DNA of 63,691 bases, filler included, from Intoshia linei (lineage: Eukaryota; Animalia; Orthonectida), in NCBI GenBank assembly GCA_001642005.1. It is 10 parts of 10 records of this genome, joined end to end, with 100 filler letters (N's around TTAATTAATTAA, not from the genome) between each part and the next. Parts side by side here need not be neighbours in the genome. Positions count along the whole stretch, not along the records: positions 50,995 to 55,671 come from LWCA01001886.1; positions 55,772 to 58,451 come from LWCA01002237.1; positions 58,552 to 61,511 come from LWCA01002180.1; positions 61,612 to 63,691 come from LWCA01002419.1; 6 more parts are not named here. One strand, written 5' to 3'. The position numbers and the translations under genes were made by a program. A model generated the notes under the pieces. The model made no database searches. It saw nothing but the letters and a program-made list of their open reading frames with translations, and had not been told where the DNA came from. Below are positions 54,201 to 63,691 of the stretch, piece by piece (positions within the stretch are counted from its first letter, which is position 1; each line of letters starts with the position of its first letter).

Positions 54201-54703
54201 TTTTTTACATAATTATCTATAATTTTCTAAATGTTTTTAAAAATCAATAAACTCTCTTTACTATTATTTTTTTGGCATAATTAAAAAATAATTAATTTTT
54301 ATTAATTAATAAATTTGAAGTGATCCAAATTAAACGATATAAAGTGTGTTTGTATAAAATATAAAAGATAAATTTATTAAAACTTCACTTTATTAAGAAA
54401 GTGAAAAATTACAAGTAAAATATTGACTAAAATTATCTATGGTATTTATGAGTACTTATGGACACACTAACTTAGACTGTATATTTGAACTGAACTTTAA
54501 ATTTTCGTTCCAGTTTTTGGGATGTTCCATCAATGGTATAGAACAATAAATATATTATATTTAGAACAATCGGACCTTATATTATGGGATATGTGTATAC
54601 GTGGAGTATCACATCCGGTGCGCCTTATCCTTTTGATGTTAACTTTTCCTTTATTTTGGTATCATTGGCCGGATTTTTATCTTCCGTAGTTATATCAATC
54701 TGA
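51276..54703 (+). CDS. MFS transporter, ZIFL-like, C-terminal half; exons 51276-51480, 51528-51646, 51686-51759, 51910-52072, 54565-54703
   Basis: Spliced SYCLLSFCIVSYESIYFTWLSTSVAKGGLHL...IIINNSIEEKKVGKLNGIS...RTIGPYIMGYVYTWSI..PYPFDVNFSF*; phases consistent. Confidence 0.85.
52670..52950. repeat. Imperfect tandem repeat, about 110-120 bp unit with about 30 bp subunits; related sequence at 42240-42400
   Basis: CCAATTTTACCAA.CCTTAAG...TTACCAATATTTTTTGAAAAAT...TCTATCAGATCCCAAAA repeated about 2.5 times. Confidence 0.75.
53615..54046. mobile_element. pogo/Tigger-type MITE
   Basis: TA|CAGTTTAAGTCCTATTTAACGGAATT ... AATTCCGTTAAATAGTACTTAGACAG, with internal AATTCCGTTAA subterminal repeats. Confidence 0.75.
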
Positions 54704-55122
54704 AATGAATTAATCACATTCCATTTGCAATTGAAAAGATATAATTATAAATTGTAAATTGATAATATGTTGTATTTATTATTTAATAATATATTACCAA
54801 TAAATTGATTCATTTTTTAAAACTGAGGTTAAAGTTGCAAAAATTCCAAAAATATTATTATATAAATTATATGGTAAATATTAGTTTCACTTTCGCATTT
54901 TTTTTTTAAAAGACGTTTTTTCTTTTGATTATAAATTTCACGATAGCAATTGATTTGTTTAAAGCTGCTACAACGTTTCTACTTTTTTCGATATTAGAAC
55001 TTGCACTTGAAAATGTTGCACGCATGTTTCAAACTTGCAAATGCTTGAGGAAGCGTTTGCAAAGTCAATTAATAAGCAGTTTTTCTTATTGTACTGGTTC
55101 TTGATAATAGATTAATAATTTG

Positions 55123-55271
55123 AATTTTCAAATTTGACCTAATTAATTAATGTAACATAATAGTATATATTATATTATTATTATATTATATAATAAACAA
55201 AATTCAAATTATAATCTATTATTATTTAATTTCTTATGTTACTTTAATTAATTAGGTCAAATTTGAAAATT
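55123..55271. repeat. Near-perfect inverted repeat, 38-bp arms (37/38 match)
   Basis: 55123-55160 is the reverse complement of 55234-55271. Confidence 0.9.
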
Positions 55272-56459
55272 GCCTGTAACATATAAATTAGGGCTGTTCA
55301 AAAAAATGGTCACACCATATACTTCAAAGTGTGTAATAACGTATGTGCCTATTAAAAATGGTCAATTTTTTAAAAATGTATGCCCTAAATCAATTTATAT
55401 CTTCAAAAGTATATATAAAATGTGAGGTTTATTTTTAAATATTTCAACGGTAACTAGCGTAACAATTCTATTTACATTCATTTATTTATTCGTTTATAAA
55501 AGTTTTATAATAATGAATAAGTTAAGTGATTTATCTCGATTGGCAACTGAAATTAATACATTAGATTGATATGCATTTCTATTTCACACTATAAGTCCGT
55601 TAATGATCGAATTGATGTGATTTCTGATGAATTGATATTTTTATGGAAAAAATGTCGAATTAAAACAATTANNNNNNNNNNNNNNNNNNNNNNNNNNNNN
55701 NNNNNNNNNNNNNNNTTAATTAATTAANNNNNNNNNNNNNNNNNNNNNNNNNNNNNNNNNNNNNNNNNNNNTTTAATATATTATCAACCAATATTTTTCA
55801 AATATTTCGATTAAAATAAAAAATGAAAATGTAAATATTGATCCTACAATTTCAAAAAAAATGTGCAGTAAATGTCTACACATTTCCAATAAAGAAATAT
55901 GGGTGAAAATCTATATAATTCATTCCTTCGGAATTTTTTTTATTGCTACGCAATTTTTAAATTTAAAATTCTCATTTTAAAACGTTTTTATTAAAACATT
56001 AAATAAAAACTACAACAACGACTACTAAAAGTAATACAACTTTGTTGTTATCATTTTGATATTTATTACAATTATTTACTGATATATTTTAAACAACCGT
56101 GAAATATCAAGAAGAATTGTTCGAATTAAAAAATGATGAAACATTTTTTGTATTTTTCAAAGTGTATACATAAAAATGTTGCAAAGATGTTCAATGTCGA
56201 ATTTATATACAAAATGTAAAAAAATTAGAATTGTAATTTTTAGCGTTCCCTTCAACATTCCCAGTATAAAGTTCATTTAGTTCAACTGAACTTAGTGATA
56301 TATACTGACTAAGAAGAGAAACCAATTAAATATTGTTAATCGAAGAGACCTGTGATTAAATCTATCCAATTTGAAACTCAATATAAAAAAATTTATATGA
56401 ATCATGAAACTGAAGGTTCCAAAAATCTATTCTTAAATATTCAAATTACGAATCCTAAC

Positions 56460-57438
56460 TAATAACCTAACTTATATATAAAATTATAAAGTCTTAGAAT
56501 TTTATCAAGACCATATTTCAATTACAGTTTTTTCCGGGACGTATAATAAAATAAATTTCAACTCCCAAACTCCCATCTTACGGGTCAAAAACCCCAATTG
56601 TCCCTCTTTTTGAAAGTCAAACGAGTTGGAGAATTTAAAAAAATATATAAGCTGATACGGATTTAAAATCATAAACATTATCATAAATTTTAATTTAAAA
56701 AAATTATATCTTCAGGGCCAAAATCCAAATTAACCTTCTTAATTTAATGAAAACAGCCCTAAAATTTCAAAAAATTTACAGTTGGTACAGTTGACTCATG
56801 TTAACAAACTAAAAAAATTTGAATCTGAATAAGTTACGCTTTCACGGTCAAAAAAGCATTTTAGTATTCATATTTTTTTTTCGAAATATTTTATTAAAAC
56901 AAAAAATGTGAAATAATTAACAGTCCGAAAATTAAAAAAAAAGGATTATTGTGATAAAGCTTATTCCAGTTAATATAAATACAAAAGTTCAACCCCAGAA
57001 ATCTACGCATTCCCGGTGAAAAATTATTATTAATATATTTTTAAGCATTATTTTTCAAATATTTACAATTAAAAAAAAATTGAAAATGTACATATTGATC
57101 TTACAATTTCAAAAAAAATGTACATTGAACGTCTACACCAGTGGTTTTCAACCAGGGGTCGTGGCCGCCAGATTATTTCTTTAAATAATAAAATTCTTTA
57201 CGCAAATGCGAAGAAAAAAAATTAAGATAAAATAATTCACTTTAAAATAAAAAGTAATGTGATATGATGGTTCCAACTGAAACAAGTTTGAGAACCACTC
57301 CTTTAAAGCATTGATAATAGTGAATAGTAAGATTTTTAAATTAGATTTTCAACGTGAATTTATTTTTTAAGTATCATAAAAATGTGCCCTCGGCAGAGCT
57401 AGGTCCTGTTAGTACGTAGTACATAACAGTCAACCTAG
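56460..57438 (+). mobile_element. Internally deleted non-autonomous Helitron-like copy with 3' hairpin and CTAG
   Basis: 5' body as at 7300/34600; terminus CTGTTAGTAC-GTA-GTACATAACAG-TCAAC-CTAG|T; hAT TIR fragment at about 57139 marks the deletion junction. Confidence 0.75.
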
Positions 57439-58907
57439 TACTATATAATTTAGGCCCTCAAAAAGATATCTATTCAATTTTAAATAGGATTGTTTATCCA
57501 TGAATACTAGGCTGTCATATTTTTTGTAAAGTTTGGGAATTTCTTTGATGTGTAATGTAGGTTTGGTGTATTCATGAAATATCAATATAATTATTTTAAA
57601 TATTTTAAAAACAAATACCTATTCGAGTTGCGCAATGCGCATTGCGCACACCATTTTAAGATTCTCATACAAAAATGTCGAAAAATCGAAATTAAACTTT
57701 CATTTACTAAATTTGTCCATAAAATACAATTTCATTTTTTAGGGCGTTAGACTAAAAAAGGTTGAGTACCCCTGATCCATTATGGATCATCTATATAGTC
57801 TATCTGTTAACAATTATCATTTGATGACAATGAATATTTTGCATATAAAAAATATAATGATTTCAACTTGAAATGCTTTCTATTGAAATATAACCTTGAA
57901 AGTAGTTTTATTTAAAATGAATATACAATAATTTATGTATTATATATGTTTTTGACAAATTTTGATTAGGTCTATTTAACATTTTAATAATGTCATTTTA
58001 TTTTCCCCCCATATTCAAGCTATTCGAAATGAATAATTATAATTATTTTTCATACAGGTATCAATTTTCTGTACCTAAATTACATGCAATGTATTGTATT
58101 ATATTAATGATTCAGTCAGTATTACTGACAGACTGCATGCAAATATTAATCATACAGATTCCAAAAAGCAGAATAAAATTTTACTACAATGTAATAAATT
58201 TATATTAAAAAGACACATGTAGTGTTAACAAATTATTGATTTAATTTAGCTTATAATAAGAAATTTGTAACAAAAATAAAAATAAACAAATTAATTGCAA
58301 TGCACCACGTTACACGTCACATAGCTATAACACTATAGTTATTTTGTTACATTTTATCATACTAGACTTGTTTGTATTGACTACATTAAATGAAAAAAAT
58401 TAAAAATTAATTAAAAGCTCAATTTTTGATAATAAAATATAATTAATATTTNNNNNNNNNNNNNNNNNNNNNNNNNNNNNNNNNNNNNNNNNNNNTTAAT
58501 TAATTAANNNNNNNNNNNNNNNNNNNNNNNNNNNNNNNNNNNNNNNNNNNNGATGCTAGCCGGAAACTAAAGAATATTTCACTTTCCAATGATACAATTA
58601 ACCGCTGAACCAAGAATAGTTGAATTGTCAAAAATCAAACTGAAACATCCTTCATATTAGTTTAATAAAATTTAATTTGAATTAATAATGTTTGTGGGAG
58701 CTACAAATCAGAATATATCAATAAATTTCATTTTTTTTTGAACTAATAATGTTAATAAAACATTTTTTAAAAATTAAATAATTTTTTTCGACATGTTTTA
58801 TTTGGGGGTCCGCGAGCAAAATTAAAATTAAAAATGAACCAAAAAGTTTGAGAACCCCTGTCTTAGACTGAATGGCTGAAAGATTGGTGCATTGTCTGTA
58901 AATCATA

Positions 58908-61041
58908 CCATTTGGACAAGCCAATGGTTTTTTATCATTTGTAGTGCAATATTTTCCAGCTGAACAGATTAAGCATTGTGTCATGTCTCCATTCGTAATA
59001 AAATCAAAGTGATAGTAACCACTTGGACAAAATCGTGGTTGATTATTATAATTGTTACATGCCTGACCGTCTAAAAATTGTTTATTATTAATGCGCTCGG
59101 TCAATATGTTTATAAAGTATACGTTAATTAAAAAATTTATTTAGACGGTAAATTTTAGAGTACAACAATATAATAATATCAATTTAATGTTCAAAATTTC
59201 TATCAATTAATTAATGATAAATAGATATATAAACTATTTAAAATAATAAATAAATGGTATTATAAAACGTAATTAAAATTACCCAAACATTTAGTACAAG
59301 TTGTAGCTCCAGCTACTGAATAATATCCTTTAGTGCACGCAACTTTTAATTCTGGCTTATCACATTTAAATCCTGATTCACACAAAGTACATTTTGTGGA
59401 TCCAATTAATGAATAGTAGCCTACATTACAAGATGTACCTTGCCCTACTAAGAATTTGCAGTACTTTCCAGCTTCACATTGTATACATGTCGCACCTATA
59501 AATATATTTTTAAATTATCGATTACATCTACTCTCCATGTATAATTAAATACTAGCTTGTCTGATACGTATTTTTTATAAACAGAATTACATTTTATTTT
59601 ATGATTTTACTAACCAAAAATGCAAATATTCCAAATTTAGAATGATAAAAAAAGTTTAAATTTAATTTAAAATAAATTTTTGAAATTGAAACTTAGAGTT
59701 TTATATTTCAAATATATAAGTTAAATACTGATTTTTTTGAAATTAGGACCATATGAGCCGACTATTGTCATTAGAAGTATACTATTTGAGTTTTAATTTT
59801 ACTGATATTTGAGAATTGTACCCATGTTCATCAAACCCTGTATACGATTCATGCAAATAAACCAATTTAAAAGATATATTACCTCCAGCAGGACTATAAT
59901 ATCCCAAATCACATTGAATAGGCTGAGAACTCTTGGATGCACATCTAAAAATAATATAAAACTTTTAATGATATGTATTTTCTTCTAATATAATAAAAAT
60001 GTAAATTTACGAATGGCCAATTGGACAATCCTTACATGCAGTTTGTCCTTGCATAGACCACTTACCTAAAATTAATAATCAAATAAAATATTATAAAGTA
60101 ATTATTGTTTAGTAACTTATTATTTTATTATTATTATTATTACTTTTATTATTTAGTAACTTTTATTTTCACACTTAAACTATTAAAAAAAATACCGTTA
60201 GAACATACTGTAACTGTTGTGCTGTCCTGGCAGAAAGACCCTGATGGGCAAATTGTACAAATTGCATCGCCGGCAGCAGAAGTATACCCAGAGCGACAAT
60301 TGACAGGTGGATCTCTAAATTTTTCGGATGTGTATTTATATACAATGTGTAATGTATTCACTTAGCAAAATTGACAAAATAGCATGTTCGATTAATATAA
60401 ATTAAGTTTTAAAGGATATACATTGAATTTGGACATTCTTTTCCAGCAGGGCAATTAATGCATGCGTCTCTATTTGTATTTGGAATTTTACCAAAAGGGC
60501 ACAGTGTACATGAAGTTGCACCAACCAGAGAAACATAACCAGTTGTACATTGGGTGGGTAAAATTGTTGGATCCTTGCAAAAATTACCCACAGGGCATTG
60601 AATGCATAAACTTTGAGTAGTTTGTGCGTTGTAGTATCCAGTGTCACAGTAAGTAGGTTTTGAATTTGTGTTTGTTGGGCAATATGTTCCAATTGGGCAT
60701 GGTGTGCCTTAAATATTATTAATTATATTAAGTTTATATTTATTTGTGATCAATGATCACACATTTCTATATTTTATAATGATTTGGTAATTACACAAAT
60801 TAGAATTAAAAAATGAGTATTTTCCTTTTCCACATGATTTTTTGTTTTGTAAACCAATTACGTCGCAATAAGAACCAGAAGTGCATATAATACAAGTATT
60901 CTGTTTAAGTTTATTTTGGTATGTTTTAATTGGACATTTTGTATCAATTATTAATGCTTTTGTTGAACAATAAGAACCTTTTGGGCAGTCTAGGCACGTT
61001 ATTTGTTTTTTAGCAGATTGATATGTTCCGATTGGACAATC
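58908..61041 (-). CDS. Internal exons of a large cysteine-rich protein with CPxGxY/FC (ephrin-receptor-like/GCC2-GCC3) repeats; about 7 exons
   Basis: DCPIGTYQ..CLDCPKGSYC, CTTGYVSLVGATSCTLCPFG, CRSGYTSAAGDAICTICPSGSFC, CPSGYY..CLICSAGKYC, separated by GT-AG introns. Confidence 0.85.
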
Positions 61042-61699
61042 CTATATAATTTTATTTCAAATGTTAATGAAAGTAAATACTAGTCACCAAGTATAATACA
61101 TAATTTGCGGTTTTTACAATATTTTTCAAAACGTTTCAAATAGTACTGTGCTACTAAATTAATTTCGAAATTGGGGTTATTGCCGCTGAGGGGATCGTGA
61201 AATTTCTCAGGGGTCGAGTTGAAGTTGACATTATTTTATATATACAAAATTAATGTTTTTAAATTTTTATAATATTAATTATAATTTTAAAACTTTCTGA
61301 TACGGATTGTCTATATTAAAGATGCATAACCTGTCGATCGCATGTGATTTTCTAATCGATTGTCAAAATTAGAATTTATTTTCAATTTATTTATTATAAT
61401 AATACTCGTTATTAAAATGATTTTAATATTGATATATACGATTAGTATTGTAAATAAATTATAATATTATTTTTTTCGGAATAAATGTCTGTTCTTTTCC
61501 ATATTATATTANNNNNNNNNNNNNNNNNNNNNNNNNNNNNNNNNNNNNNNNNNNNTTAATTAATTAANNNNNNNNNNNNNNNNNNNNNNNNNNNNNNNNN
61601 NNNNNNNNNNNAGAACAACAAAAATCTAACGTTTCATGTCAGCAATTATATCACTCATTAAAACATAACAAAAAATTACCCTTTAATCACAAATATTCT

Positions 61700-62865
61700 T
61701 CAAAGCACTATAAAATATTTGAAAACACTTTAATCTTCAATCAAAATAACATAAAAGGGAAACTAGCACCTGATCTACTTATATCAACAATGTTAAACTA
61801 TTTTCACAATTCAAAACTAAACGTACACCCAGGAATTACTGCTACCCATCAAAATATTTCAAAGTACTATTTTTGGCCCAATATTTACAAGGATGTTTAT
61901 AATTACGTATCCAAATATCACAAATGTAACATCCAAAACCGGCAAGCGTCGTTATACTTTGAAACTTAAGCAAATAAAAACCAACGAATTTGGTGAATTG
62001 TGGGAATTTGACCTAATGGTCCGCTACTTGAAACACCCGAACAGTAAAAGTACATTGTAACTATGATAGACCACTTCACTGGGTGGCCAGAAGCAGTCCC
62101 ACTGAGGATATTACAATTTATTCGGTTGCCATGGAAATTGTGGATAGAGTCATTGTATAACACGGAATACCTGCAGCCATTCACAATGATCATGGAACAC
62201 AGTTTGTGTCCTTTTTAGTTAAAGAAATATGCAATTTATGTGGAATAAAACAGTCGACATGCTCGGCGTATGATCACAAAATTACTGGTTTAGTAGAGCG
62301 TCTCAATCGAACTATTCGAGATCGTCTCCGCATTACCACTAACCCAAAATTTAATGACTGGGATACACAATTACCGTTTATTTTAATGACTTTGAGGAAA
62401 ATTAAATTTTCTAAATTACTACTAACTACTAATTACAAAATTAACCATCCTATATTATCAAAAAATCAACTTCAATACGCACTCAAAAAACCTCGTCCTC
62501 GTAAACCTCCAAATTACTTAAATGACTATGTTCTCAATTAACCCCATTCTTGGAGGGGGACAAGTAACGTAGTTACACTACTAAACTTCAATCTCCATAC
62601 ACAAAATATATTATTAACTAAATATTAATTACAAAATTTCCTTAAATACTTAATATATTTGGCGTTATATTACTAGTATATTATGGAAATTGGGTAAAAA
62701 TGATTTGTACAAATTTTTACAGATTAGAATTAATTATTGCTTCGCCACTCATCACTACCAAATTTACGTTTCTTATATATTGTATAAAAATGTAGTGTTG
62801 GTTACACGTTATAATGCATTGTTAAAGTTTAACTTAAATAAATAAAATAGAACTTATTTATTACA
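61700..62865 (+). mobile_element. Ty3/gypsy integrase (degenerate), PPT and 3' LTR
   Basis: HPGITAT..YFWPNIYKDV, IDHFTGWPEAVP, HGIPAAIHNDHGTQF, GLVERLNRT, RPRKPPNYLNDY; PPT GGAGGGGGA at 62552-62560; LTR from about 62563 with TATA, AATAAA and a TTACA end at 62865. Confidence 0.88.
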
Positions 62866-63691
62866 TTATCAAATTATTCTAATTTTTTAAACAATTTATG
62901 TGTTAACAGATGTATTATGAAATTATGAAACATTTGTTGTTTTTTTTTTATTTATAAATCATTTTATTTTAATTTTGGTCCAAATTTTAAAATCTATAAA
63001 AAATCACATATTCTGTTAAAAAACCTATGTCTTTCGAATCGATACGACTATTATTTTTAATTAACTTTTTCATAAAATGAATTTTTGCCTTTGTCACCCA
63101 TTGGATTATGGTTTTAATTAATAATCGTCACTCGATTTTCATGGCTACCATTGAAATATTAATATTATACAAATTCTATAATCTTGATTATTCCCTTGTT
63201 CCGTTGGCGATAGAAATTTAATAGAATCGAATTAATTTTTTTGCCTAATGGATAATGTCACTACTGGATGAACGTTTTAATTAATGTTCATGGTTATCAT
63301 TAAAATATTTATATTATAAAATACTATATTATAGATTCCCCATGCTCGGGTACCAAAGAAAAATTAATTGAATCGAAATAATTTTTTTGCCAATCATCAT
63401 TATTTTTTACTCTTATCAAAATATCAAAAGTACATATAAAAATACAATACTTTCTTAATTTCAAAAATTTTCTTGTTTTTGAACCACCCTAATGTCTATA
63501 TATCTATCTATATGTGTAGTGCGTAAAGTTTCATTTTATGATACGAGTTTTGTTCTAATGCATGAACTGGAAGAGTGAGTGCATTTATTTTGTTTATTTC
63601 GAAACTATTTTATAAAATATAATATATACCCACTTTGTTCCGAAATAATGTTTACATTTGGGATAAACCTTTCCAATTATCACTGTTTTTG

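Overview
This is very AT-rich eukaryotic (animal-type) genomic DNA, and it is not one contiguous locus. Ten contigs are joined by nine artificial 100-nt spacers (44 N + TTAATTAATTAA + 44 N). Genes have many short GT-AG introns (often 33-70 nt) and highly diverged proteins, consistent with a compact, fast-evolving invertebrate genome such as an orthonectid-like parasite (inference only). Manual splicing recovers an ACSBG-type acyl-CoA ligase (3' end missing), LIN9, TMEM256, BBS2, a heavily disrupted major vault protein (MVP) gene, an intronless LRR-Ig-TM receptor (IGLR-2-like), the last exon of RPL31, the 3' part of a ZIFL-like MFS transporter, and part of a large cysteine-rich CPxGxYC repeat protein. 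The rest is dense transposon debris: Ty3/gypsy RT, integrase and LTRs, mariner, Chapaev3-like, hAT MITEs with 8-bp TSDs, pogo-type MITEs and a non-autonomous Helitron family. The most unusual signal is at 37242-38671: ten AG-NNN-GTA motifs (nine of them YAG) spaced like minimal introns, downstream of a signal-peptide exon. It looks like a secreted-protein gene built largely from 3-nt micro-exons, and it needs RNA evidence.
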